Below, piece by piece: positions 51,457 to 60,741 of a DNA stretch of 64,000 bases; position 1 is the stretch's first letter; every line of letters begins with the position of its first letter. Made by a program: the position numbers and the translations under genes. Source of the DNA: Halarcobacter sp. (GTDB lineage Bacteria > Campylobacterota > Campylobacteria > Campylobacterales > Arcobacteraceae); contig CP182352.1 in assembly GCA_048571215.1 (NCBI GenBank), forward strand, positions 1,920,001-1,984,000. Reading direction: 5' to 3'. The notes beneath the pieces were generated by a model. The model was given only the letters and a program-made list of their open reading frames with translations. It searched no databases and had not been told where the DNA came from.

Positions 51457-53472
51457 TTAAAAACTTTCCCATTCATTATTATCATTATCTTTTGCTTTTA
51501 TTTCTAATGATGTTTTTTGTGGTTTTTTAACAGTTGCACTAGGCTGTTGTTTTACCATCTTCTGTGTTGTTGTATTTTCATCCAAAGTAATCACCTTTGC
51601 TTCAACACTATCTTTTCCAATAAACTCTTTTTGATTTGTATCAGAAATGATTAGTTTAGCAATCTGATCTGTTTGAGCTGCTACATCTCTTGTTTGGTTT
51701 GCTACAGATGCATTTTGTTGGGTTTGTTGATCAAGTTTAGTGATTGCATCATTGATTTGTTCTATACCACTTTGTTGCTCTTTTGAAGCACTTTCAATAT
51801 CATTTATTAAGCCTATAGTTTTAGTGATATTATCATTTAAACCAGTATATCCCTCAATCATTTTATCAGCTATGATTTTTCCATTGTTTGCTTTTTGAGT
51901 AGCATTTCCAACTAATGTTTTAATCTCATTTGCTGCTTCTGCACTTCTTGTTGCTAAGTTTCTAACCTCTTGGGCAACTACTGCAAACCCTTTACCTGCT
52001 TCACCAGCAGTTGCTGCTTCTACAGCTGCATTTAAAGAAAGTATATTTGTTTGAAATGCAATTTGGTCAATTACTGTAATCGCTTCATTAATTGCAGTTA
52101 CTTGTTGATTTATTTCATCCATAGATATAGTTGTATCTTTAGCTAAAGACTCACCCTCTTTTGCTGATGATGTAACATGAGAAGCAAAATTTGCCATTTT
52201 TATTACATTTTCAGTATTGCTTGTGATTGTACCAGTCATCTCTTCTAAAGCTGCTGCTGTTTCTTCCAAAGAAGCTGCTGTTTCATTTGAAACACTATTT
52301 AACAAATTTACATTTTTAAGAAGAACATTAGCACTATTACCCAAGGTTAAACCATTAGATTTATTTTCTACAAGCATATTATTGATTATATCTGCCAAAC
52401 TATTAAGACCTTTTGCTACACCACCCTCATCATTTTCTATTCTTTTTGTAAAGTCAAAAGATGCGTAACTATTTAAGACTTCAGTGATTTTATTTACATC
52501 TTCACAAATATTTTTAGATGTACCTTTTATCATCTGATTAAAAGTAACTTTTAGCTCTTCAAGACTTTGATTTTGTGTACTTTTTTCTATAGTTTTAGTA
52601 AATCTTCCTTGATTTACCTCTTCTACAACATCTTTTACATCTTCAATTAAAGCATTATCCTCTTCAATTAAATCTTTTGTTTTTTTAATATTCTCATTTA
52701 CTACCTCAGCCATTTTTGATATTTCATCTTTTTTTGAAGTATCAAGTAGTTTTATATCTAAAACCTCTCTATTTAGAAACCTAAAGAATTCTAAAAGACC
52801 TTGTTGGAAATTTGTAATTGAAGAATTAATACTTTTACTAAGAACTATAGTAAAGATTATTGTAACTACAACAATTATTATAGAGATAATCATAAAAAAT
52901 ATAAATGAATCATCAATAATAGCTGTAGTATGATTTTTATTTGTCTCAATTACACTATACGTTTTCCCTGTAAAATAATCCATCGCATCTCTAGTTGATT
53001 CATAGTTTTTAAGATAAGAATTATAATAAAGGTTTTGTGCTTCCTCAATCCTATTTGATTTAACCAAATCTATAGCATCCTTTGTATCTTTTTCCCAAGA
53101 AGAATAATATTTATCAAATTCATCAAATTTAGTTTGTTCAGCTTTTAAATCTTCCAAAAGAAGTTTTTTAAATTTGTCAAACCTTTGTCTAACTTGTTCA
53201 AGGTTATCTAAGACGCCTTTTTTTATAGTCTTTTCAATATTTTTATTACTATTTATTATTTGTAGTAATGCAACATTTGATTGATATGAATCCCTATCAG
53301 CTTCTAAAAGATAAGTAACACCTTTATAATCTTTTTTAGTTAACATATCTACATTCATTTGTATCTTTGATATATTAAAAGATATAAAAATCGCCGAAAC
53401 CAATGATAGTATTATTAGAACACTAAAAGTAATTATTATTTTTTTCTTAATATTCATTCTTACTTCCCCCAC
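51457..53472 (-). CDS. Methyl-accepting chemotaxis protein
   Basis: Two TM segments, MCP signalling domain, C-terminal EWESF pentapeptide. Confidence 0.95.
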   Translation of the reverse strand: MGEVRMNIKKKIIITFSVLIILSLVSAIFISFNISKIQMNVDMLTKKDYKGVTYLLEADRDSYQSNVALLQIINSNKNIEKTIKKGVLDNLEQVRQRFDKFKKLLLEDLKAEQTKFDEFDKYYSSWEKDTKDAIDLVKSNRIEEAQNLYYNSYLKNYESTRDAMDYFTGKTYSVIETNKNHTTAIIDDSFIFFMIISIIIVVVTIIFTIVLSKSINSSITNFQQGLLEFFRFLNREVLDIKLLDTSKKDEISKMAEVVNENIKKTKDLIEEDNALIEDVKDVVEEVNQGRFTKTIEKSTQNQSLEELKVTFNQMIKGTSKNICEDVNKITEVLNSYASFDFTKRIENDEGGVAKGLNSLADIINNMLVENKSNGLTLGNSANVLLKNVNLLNSVSNETAASLEETAAALEEMTGTITSNTENVIKMANFASHVTSSAKEGESLAKDTTISMDEINQQVTAINEAITVIDQIAFQTNILSLNAAVEAATAGEAGKGFAVVAQEVRNLATRSAEAANEIKTLVGNATQKANNGKIIADKMIEGYTGLNDNITKTIGLINDIESASKEQQSGIEQINDAITKLDQQTQQNASVANQTRDVAAQTDQIAKLIISDTNQKEFIGKDSVEAKVITLDENTTTQKMVKQQPSATVKKPQKTSLEIKAKDNDNNEWESF

Positions 53473-53502
53473 TATTTGATATATACAAATTATATTTGTA
53501 AA

Positions 53503-53523
53503 TAGTCAAGAAGTAGTCAAGAA
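53503..53523. promoter_or_regulatory. 11-bp-period direct repeat upstream of the MCP
   Basis: TAGTCAAGAA-G-TAGTCAAGAA. Confidence 0.4.
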
Positions 53524-53563
53524 TATAAAAGATTAAAATTTATTCTTATAAAGATGCTTATTT

Positions 53564-55228
53564 TTAAGAATATGTAACTTTGTTTTTCCCCTCTTTTTTA
53601 GATTGGTACATTGCTTTATCTGCTTTAGATAAAAGATCATTAAGATTCTCATTTTCTTTATAAGTAGAAACACCAAAACTTGCAGTTTTAGAACCTATTA
53701 ACTCAAATTCATGATTTTGAATTTTAACTCTTAAGTTTTCTGCTAAAGTTAAAACCTCCTCTTTATTTGTTTTTGGACAGACTATTAAAAACTCTTCACC
53801 ACCCCATCTTCCAACAAAATCTACATCTCTTGTACAAGTAGTTAAGATATTTCCTAATTCTATTAAAAACTTATCACCTACCAAATGCCCAAAAGTGTCG
53901 TTTACTTGTTTAAAATCATCTATATCCAGTAAAATAACAGAAAAAATATCTGAATATCTTTGGGAAATACTTTGACTTTTATAAAGTATAGAATCTATCT
54001 CTTTTCTATTATATAGTTTCGTTAAATAGTCAGTTGATGATAAAACAGTTAACTCCTCTTTTGCATCTTCAAGTTCTTTTGTATAATTTAAATTTTTTAC
54101 TACTGAATAAGATAAAAGTAACAAACATAAAAAAACAGCAATATCATTTGGATATTCTACCCAAGGTACAACTCCATACGCAATCAATGATGAATAAAGC
54201 CAATAAAGTGATATTATTAAAAAACTTGAAGTGACTAATTTGGTTTGATTATCTCCTTTAAAAAAGAAATAAATCAAAAATACAGTTATAATTGGCAAAG
54301 ATATAAAATTGTAAAGAATATCAAAATACTCATAGGTAGAAGAGATATCATAAAAACCAAAAATAGCTCCAAAAACGGCAACTAAAAGATAAGTCAAATG
54401 AATTTGCCATAATCTTCTTATAATATTAAATGGGGACTTGCATTTTATAGTTTTATCTATAAACATACACATTCCAACAGGAAAGAAAAAGAAAACAATT
54501 GCTAATATATATTGATTTAATAATGGAAAATAGAAATACATTTGGATAATTTTTGCTGAAATTAATACATCTAATCCTTGGGTTAAAAATAGTAAACCTA
54601 AAATAAATAATTCTACTCTAATAAACTTTGATAAAAAAGATAATAAAAATATAACTCCCACAAAAATAGAAACAGAACCCACCATAATCTTTGGAATACT
54701 ACTGTTTAGTACTTTTTCTAAAATATATCCTTTTGAAGCTACTAAAACTTCTCCCCATAATCCAATATCTACATAATTTGAATAAACCCTAAAATATAAA
54801 TACTTTCCTGCACTATTATTAGGAATAGAAAACATATGCCAAGGCCAGCCTTCAAACACATCTTTACCATCTTTATTAAAGTTGCCAAAATGATATATTT
54901 GTTTTTCATCACAATAAACTTGTGTGATTAAATCAACACTGAAAATGTATATATTTGGGTCTTTTGTCAAAGTATTAGGAAGTTTAACTCTAAACCAAAC
55001 ATTTGTTTTGCCATCTCTATTTGGTGGATTACTAGGAAAATTGATTTTTTCCCATTTTGAAGAACTTTCTTTTTCTTTAGTCCACAAAGGAACACTCTTT
55101 TCAAAAGGTGAATCACCCCATCTGTATTCCCATTTACTTTGTGATAAATCTATTACATCTAAATCATTTGCAAATAGATTAATAACAAAAAAGAAAGGTA
55201 AAAAAAATAAAATTAATAACTTTTTCAT
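53564..55228 (-). CDS. Membrane diguanylate cyclase (extracellular beta domain, multi-TM region, GGDEF)
   Basis: DIDDFKQVND and RWGGEEF motifs; multiple TM segments. Confidence 0.92.
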   Translation of the reverse strand: MKKLLILFFLPFFFVINLFANDLDVIDLSQSKWEYRWGDSPFEKSVPLWTKEKESSSKWEKINFPSNPPNRDGKTNVWFRVKLPNTLTKDPNIYIFSVDLITQVYCDEKQIYHFGNFNKDGKDVFEGWPWHMFSIPNNSAGKYLYFRVYSNYVDIGLWGEVLVASKGYILEKVLNSSIPKIMVGSVSIFVGVIFLLSFLSKFIRVELFILGLLFLTQGLDVLISAKIIQMYFYFPLLNQYILAIVFFFFPVGMCMFIDKTIKCKSPFNIIRRLWQIHLTYLLVAVFGAIFGFYDISSTYEYFDILYNFISLPIITVFLIYFFFKGDNQTKLVTSSFLIISLYWLYSSLIAYGVVPWVEYPNDIAVFLCLLLLSYSVVKNLNYTKELEDAKEELTVLSSTDYLTKLYNRKEIDSILYKSQSISQRYSDIFSVILLDIDDFKQVNDTFGHLVGDKFLIELGNILTTCTRDVDFVGRWGGEEFLIVCPKTNKEEVLTLAENLRVKIQNHEFELIGSKTASFGVSTYKENENLNDLLSKADKAMYQSKKEGKNKVTYS

Positions 55229-55332
55229 AGTAACACTTTATTATCTATCATTTTAATAATAATCATTAAATCATATAAATTTATAATTTTCGCTAAAATA
55301 TAATAACTAAATTTTATACAAGGGTATATCTA

Positions 55333-55998
55333 ATGGAAAATTTTGACTATGAATCATATGTAAAGATGGTAAAAACATACCAAAAAAATGATAATCCTAC
55401 AGGTTGGTTTGATTCTATTTATAAAAGTGCAAAGGGTGATTATACAAAAGTATTTTGGGCAGATTTAGAACCAAATCCATATCTAATAGAGTGGTTAGAA
55501 AAAAATTTAATAAAAAAAGAATATAAAACAGCCTGTGTTATTGGATGTGGTGTGGGTGATGATGCTCAAGCATTAAGCCAATTTGGATACAAGGTTACAG
55601 CTTTTGATATAGCCCCAAGTGCAATAGAACTTTGTAAAAAAAGATATCCAAATACAAAAGTAAACTATCTAGTTGCAGACCTATTTGATTATCCAAAAGA
55701 GTGGTTTGAAAACTTTGATGTAGTCTACGAATGTAATACAATTCAAGTATTACCAGATGAATATAGAAAAAAAGCAAGGGTAGCAATGAGTTCTTTAATA
55801 GCAAAAAATGGTTATATCTTAGTTTCATGTAGAAGTAGAGAGGAAGGAACAATGGAAGATGTAATCCCCCTACCCCTTAGCAAAAAAGAGATGGATGAGT
55901 TTGTGACAATTGATAAACTAAAAGAGATAAGTTTTGAAGCTTATGATGACACACAAGAACCACCAGTACCTCACTTTTGGGGAGTTTATAGAAAATAG
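55333..55998 (+). CDS. Class I SAM-dependent methyltransferase (TPMT-like)
   Basis: VIGCGVGDDA and AFDIAPSAI motifs. Confidence 0.85.
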   Translation: MENFDYESYVKMVKTYQKNDNPTGWFDSIYKSAKGDYTKVFWADLEPNPYLIEWLEKNLIKKEYKTACVIGCGVGDDAQALSQFGYKVTAFDIAPSAIELCKKRYPNTKVNYLVADLFDYPKEWFENFDVVYECNTIQVLPDEYRKKARVAMSSLIAKNGYILVSCRSREEGTMEDVIPLPLSKKEMDEFVTIDKLKEISFEAYDDTQEPPVPHFWGVYRK

Positions 55999-56021
55999 AT
56001 AGGTTTATTTTAAACCTATCT
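55997..56021. terminator. Terminator-like hairpin at the distal end of array 2
   Basis: AGATAGGTTT-ATTTT-AAACCTATCT. Confidence 0.6.
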
Positions 56022-56373
56022 TATGAGATTTTTCAAGTTTATTTATAAATATATTTTCATCTTTTTCAATATATTTAAAACTTCCATTTATTTTGTTTGT
56101 ATCTAAGTTATGTGTTTCTATGATTTGATATGCCGAGTCAGGGAGTATTTCTGGAATCCAATCTCTTTAAGGATTTAAATATTCTGTTTCAGAAGCATAT
56201 TTTATTGCTTTTTTTTTCTCCTTTTAAGACAGCTTCATCAAGGTTACGAGCTTTTATGGTAATGATGCGTTCTTCAATTAAATCAATATTTTCTGATAAT
56301 ATTTATCGGTTTTTTTTTGTTTACCCAAAGTTGTTGTTATATATAGTGTTTTAATTGCAAATACTTTTTTTAT
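56005..56373 (-). pseudogene. Decayed cassette gene(s): DUF4288-like fragment joined to a second gene remnant
   Basis: AAGGAG RBS followed by ATA instead of ATG; frameshift; EERIITIKARNLDEAVLKGEKKA..YLNP* then WIPEILPDSAYQIIETHNLDTN... Confidence 0.55.
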
Positions 56374-56391
56374 ATTAACTCCTTTGGATGA

Positions 56392-56523
56392 TGATAACGC
56401 CAAGCTAAGTGGCGACTGATACGGAGTGACATTTGTGAAAAAATGGCGAAGCCATTCGCAAATGCAGTGGAGTATCAAGCGTCCGAGTGAGCATAAGCGA
56501 ACGACTTGAGCACATTGTTATGC
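56392..56523 (-). other. Long (132-bp) attC site of a different, GC-richer type
   Basis: GCATAAC-AATGT-GCTCAAGT...ACTTAGC-TTGGC-GTTATCA with internal hairpins. Confidence 0.88.
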
Positions 56524-56976
56524 GTTGCACGATTCTAGCCTCGTAGTGATTTCTTCACCCAACCCGATCATTCGATTGTGGTGATTCTCGCACAGCAGCC
56601 AAGCCCGAGACTTGGGGACAAGGTAATACTCAAACCCATAGCACTCGCCAATAACCTTTTGAATTGCAACTGGCGTGGCTTCATAGATTGGATAGAAAGG
56701 CATTTGAACATCTTCAACCACAAACCAGACCACTTCGACCGGATCGGGTACCAACTCCGTGATTCTTTCGAAACCTTTTCCATCCATGAACTCTCTCGAC
56801 GCACTTGGTATTGCGAAAGCCTCCCACCACCAGCGCCTATCACCACCTACGACAAAGTGTGCAACAAGTTCTTTGTAAAGCCGTTCGCCCTCGATGCTTG
56901 GAACCTGCGAAAATTCTCTCTGGGGAATGGATAGTGAACGCAAGGCGTTGGCAATTTCTTCAGTGACGATATCCAT
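56518..56976 (-). CDS. Cassette-encoded hypothetical protein (DUF6756-like), foreign GC-rich DNA
   Basis: True start MDIVTEE with AAGGA RBS; WWWE and FEYYLV..WLLCENHH motifs. Confidence 0.7.
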   Translation of the reverse strand: MDIVTEEIANALRSLSIPQREFSQVPSIEGERLYKELVAHFVVGGDRRWWWEAFAIPSASREFMDGKGFERITELVPDPVEVVWFVVEDVQMPFYPIYEATPVAIQKVIGECYGFEYYLVPKSRAWLLCENHHNRMIGLGEEITTRLESCNA

Positions 56977-56991
56977 ACTCTTCCTTTTTAC

Positions 56992-57060
56992 GCATAACGT
57001 TTGAGTTGAGAAATATTTGAGCCGCAGGGTCAAATATTTCTCTCCAATGTTTTGTTATAA
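56992..57060 (-). other. attC site
   Basis: TTATAAC...GTTATGC; almost identical to the attC at 19550-19618. Confidence 0.9.
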
Positions 57061-57282
57061 CTTTTTTTCAATTTCAGTTTTCAAATCACTTTCAATACAT
57101 TCTTCAAAATATTCTAATCCAAACTTTATAATAGCACTAATTGGAATTTTAAAATCTAAAGTCATCTTTTTAGCACCATTATCATCTAATAGTTTCCCAT
57201 GAAAAGTTTTACTTGCCAAATCAATATTCCATTCGCCATTAATTTCATACTTTTTATTTTTAACTTCTATATTTTTTTTCAA
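57055..57282 (-). CDS. Cassette-encoded 75-aa hypothetical protein
   Basis: TAAGGA RBS, TTG start, stop codon inside R''. Confidence 0.65.
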   Translation of the reverse strand: MKKNIEVKNKKYEINGEWNIDLASKTFHGKLLDDNGAKKMTLDFKIPISAIIKFGLEYFEECIESDLKTEIEKKL

Positions 57283-57297
57283 TTCGTATCCTTATGG

Positions 57298-57366
57298 TTA
57301 TAACGTTTAAAATGAGCTAATAAATTAGCCGTAGGGTAATTTATTGGCTCCACTGATTTGTTAGAC
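57298..57366 (-). other. attC site
   Basis: GTCTAAC...GAGCCAATAAATTA/TAATTTATTAGCTC...GTTATAA; same family as 15849-15917. Confidence 0.9.
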
Positions 57367-58608
57367 ATTGAGTTTTTCAAAATCAAAATCCTCATTAAAA
57401 TACTCTTTATAAGCTATTATATGGGTTTGGGGAATTCCAAATGTGTATTCAAATATATTGATAATCTCATCAGGCTCAGGATTAACAATTACTACTTTAG
57501 GAAGTTCCATTTTCTTACAAAAAGCCTCTCTAAATAATTGAATAGTTCTTGTATCAGTTCTTGGAAAAGAATATCCTATGATAATGATTTCATTAGCATT
57601 GATAATTTCATCTTTTGCAGTTTCCCATAGCTCTATAAAGAGATTTGCAAATAAGGTATATTTTTTATCCTTAACAGGTGGGATAATTAAAGGCATAGTA
57701 ATTACACCTTGTTCTAGTCCTGTACGCTGTGGAATATTAAGCTCAGCTCCAAGTAGTTCTTCGTATATTTTTTGTGCTTCTGGTTGATTTGTTACTCCAG
57801 CTTTAAACATCACTTTATTTTTATTTTCTTCTAAAGCTATATCATCAAGAATATTTGGTGGGTAATAAAAATATGAAAATGGCTCGTATGGGCCTTTGAA
57901 TCTTCCGTCATAACAGTGATAGGGACTATATGTATGCTCGTAAATATAAAAAGATGAGTTATCAATTTTTTGATTTAATTTAAGTAGCTGTTCTCTGTCT
58001 GGCTGAGGGTATGTAGTAAGCCAATTTGTTGAGCCATGAAGCTTTATTAACTTAGTATATTTATGTGTACAATCTTCTACATCAGTCCATTGGTCTTTAT
58101 ATATTTTCTCAGGTTTCAAACAATAACCAAAATCAGTTTTCCAATTTGTGTTTTCAGACAATGCCCGATCTATCAACGTATCCCAGTTAAAAGTAATAAT
58201 GCTGTCATCTTTTCTAAGAGACTTGACTAATTTAACATGTGCATTGGAAGTAGGTCCATTTTGTATTTCATTAATGATTGACGTATATAAAAAGATAAGT
58301 TGTAAATATGCCTTGTAGTAGTAGATGTTATTCCATATTGAATTTTCTTTCATTTGTTCTAAAAGCTTTTTTTCTACATGAGTATGAAAATCTTCGATGT
58401 CAAATGAGGAAGTGAAAAAGTCATTAATATCTATATCGAAATCCTGTTTACCAATGTTGATTATATCTCCAATTAGTACCCATAAATCATCACTGATATC
58501 CAAATTTTGAAACGTATTAAAAAAATCATTTGCTATAGGCATTGTGCAATTTGTAGGTGATGAAGAATAGGCTTTTGAAGCTCCTGCTCCAATAATAAAT
58601 GTTCTCAT
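57361..58608 (-). CDS. SIR2-like (NADase-type) domain protein, first cassette of array 2
   Basis: IIGAGAS, IITFNWDTL, IKLHGS and IIGYSFP motifs. Confidence 0.85.
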   Translation of the reverse strand: MRTFIIGAGASKAYSSSPTNCTMPIANDFFNTFQNLDISDDLWVLIGDIINIGKQDFDIDINDFFTSSFDIEDFHTHVEKKLLEQMKENSIWNNIYYYKAYLQLIFLYTSIINEIQNGPTSNAHVKLVKSLRKDDSIITFNWDTLIDRALSENTNWKTDFGYCLKPEKIYKDQWTDVEDCTHKYTKLIKLHGSTNWLTTYPQPDREQLLKLNQKIDNSSFYIYEHTYSPYHCYDGRFKGPYEPFSYFYYPPNILDDIALEENKNKVMFKAGVTNQPEAQKIYEELLGAELNIPQRTGLEQGVITMPLIIPPVKDKKYTLFANLFIELWETAKDEIINANEIIIIGYSFPRTDTRTIQLFREAFCKKMELPKVVIVNPEPDEIINIFEYTFGIPQTHIIAYKEYFNEDFDFEKLNV

Positions 58609-58628
58609 ATGCAGTCCATCTTTCAGTT

Positions 58629-58661
58629 GTCTAACTAATTATTAGTAATACATTATATATA
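58629..58661 (-). promoter_or_regulatory. attI-like site with -10 box (copy 3)
   Basis: Minus strand TATATATAATGT-N6-AATAATTA-GTTAGAC. Confidence 0.65.
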
Positions 58662-58925
58662 AATAATATATAAAAACATCTAATATCTTAACATTAAAAA
58701 TGTAAAGATATTAACTCAATTAAGCCTTAAATAGTCTAAATTTAATGAAATACAAAATAATATAAGAAAAAGTAGAATATTTTTTATGTTAAATTATCAA
58801 GGTATATCCTTAATATCTTATCATTTTGTATGACTATTGGGTGAAAATCTTGATAGTTTAACAAAATGATAAATATATTATATTGTGTTATTGTGAAACT
58901 ATTATCAATATATTTAGGTGTAAAT

Positions 58926-60680
58926 AAACTTTTGCTGTACCTCTTGGCTTTCTCGACTTTCTTTTCTGAAAAAGAAAGTAGCAAAGAAAACATCCCACAG
59001 GTTTCGAAGGTGAAACTTCCCTCGCTTATTATTCATCCCTTTTGAGTGCCTAAAAACTTGCTAAAATGTGCTCCCAGCACATTTCTTTACGCTTCAAACA
59101 GTTTAGTCACTTGTTTTCAAAAGAGATAAATAAACACTCGGCTTCTCAAATGCGGGAAGCTGGGATAAGGACCTTTGCATTTTTTGTTACCATTTTATTT
59201 AAGCTGGTGTGATACTCAAATAGTATGAGAAAGTTCAAAGCTAGTGTATTTAGTCCAGACTTTGTTGAAGCCGGAAGTTTTCTAATTATTTTCGGAAAAG
59301 ACTGAGGACCGTTCAACTGGATAAAAGGTACTGAATGTACCTTTTAGGAAGGCGTTTCGCAGGTCAGAAGATAATTAGAAAGCTGTAGGGAACTTTAGCT
59401 TCAACAACCGTCTAGTTGCTTTTTGTCTTACTTTTTACAACTAAAAAGTGAGAAAGCGGAGAGCTTTGCTCTACAAGACAATTGCAGACAATAAAAACTA
59501 TTTTCAAAATATTTGAGTAAAGTTAAACTTTTACTGTACGTCTTAACTTATTCCGACTTTCTTTTGTAAAAAAGAAAGTAGCAAAGAAATTATCCCACAG
59601 GTTTCGAAGGCGGAAGCTCCCCTCGCTTATTATTCATCCCTTTTGAGTGCCTAAAAACTTGCTAAAATGTGCTCCCAGCACATTTCTTTACGCTTCAGAC
59701 AGTTTAGTCACTTGTTTTCAAAAGAGATAAATAAACGCTCGGCTTCTCAAATGCGGGAAGGTGGAATAATGACCTTTTCATTTTTTGGTACCATTTTGTT
59801 TGGATTTGTGTAATACTCAAATAGTATGAGAAAGTTCAAGGCTAGGGTATTTTAGTCCAGACTTTGTTGAAGCCGGAAGGTTTTTAATTATTTTCGGAAA
59901 AGCCTGAGAATGTTTGAGGAGAGAAAAGTGACTAGATGTCACTTTTTCGACGAGTTTCGCAAGGCAGAAAATAATTAAGAACCTGTAGGGAACTTTAGCT
60001 TCGACAACGCGTCTGGTGGCTTTTATTTTACTTTTACCACTAAAAGTAAAGAAAGCGAAGAACTTGTTCTTCAAGAGGGTGCATACAATAAAAACTATTT
60101 TCAAAATATTTGAGTGTAGTTAAATTTCTACTGTACGTCTTAACTTATTCCGACTTTCTTTTGTAAAAAAGAAAGTAGCAAAGAAATTATCCCACAGGTT
60201 TCGAAGGTGAAACTACCCTCGCTTATTATTTATTGTTTCTGTTTTGTAAAACTCACATAAAAATATGCTCCCAGCATATTTGTTCTGTTCAAACAGTTAC
60301 AAAACTTCTCCGAAACAATAAATAAACACTCGGCTTCTCAAATGCGGAAAGGTAGGAAATTGACCTTTTGCATTTTTAGTACCATTTTATTTGGATTGGT
60401 GTAATACTCAATATATATTTTGAAAGTTCAAAGCTAAGCTATTTTAGTCCAGACTTTGTTAAAGCCGAGTGCTTTGCTTTTTAAAGCGGAAAAAGTCGAG
60501 AATGTTTGACGAGAGAAAAGTGACTAACTCACTTTTTCGAGGAGTTTCGCAGACTAGCTTTAAAAAGTAAAGTGGGAGGGAACTTTAGCTTCAACAACGC
60601 GTCTGGTTGCTTTTTTGCTTCTTTTTTACAACTAAAAAAGATGAAAGCGAAGAACTTGTTCTTCAAGACAAATACAACAT
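58926..60680. repeat. Three tandem ~600-bp non-coding structured repeat units, each with two convergent ~200-nt elements
   Basis: Units start at about 58926, 59525 and 60122; shared blocks such as AAAGAAAGTAGCAAAGAAA, CCCACAGGTTTCGAAGG, TAGTCCAGACTTTGTT and GGGAACTTTAGCTTC recur three times. Confidence 0.93.
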
Positions 60681-60741
60681 TGATAAAAAACTAAGCTACA
60701 ACACACTAGAATTCCAAAAATTTAAAACAAAGTTACTTTTT

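Larger units (their letters stand above)
56005..58661 (-). mobile_element. Integron-type gene-cassette array 2 (no integrase; CALIN-like)
   Basis: Three complete attC sites, one attI-like head, matching core and inverse-core pairs. Confidence 0.9.

Noticed and set aside
58956..59456. Known self-cleaving ribozyme (e.g. hammerhead) within the repeat elements
   Set aside because: I could not find the CUGANGA/GAAA core in the required arrangement by eye; a covariance-model search is needed to exclude other classes.
59817..60104. 95-aa ORF inside the repeats, and the 45-aa N-terminal extension of the MFS ORF from 60607
   Set aside because: The frames are not preserved between repeat units and show no protein motif; the MFS more plausibly starts at 60742.
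58926..60680. CRISPR array or rRNA/tRNA cluster
   Set aside because: Units are ~600 bp and similar along their whole length, with no short repeat and unique spacer pattern. No cas genes, cloverleafs or rRNA signatures are visible.
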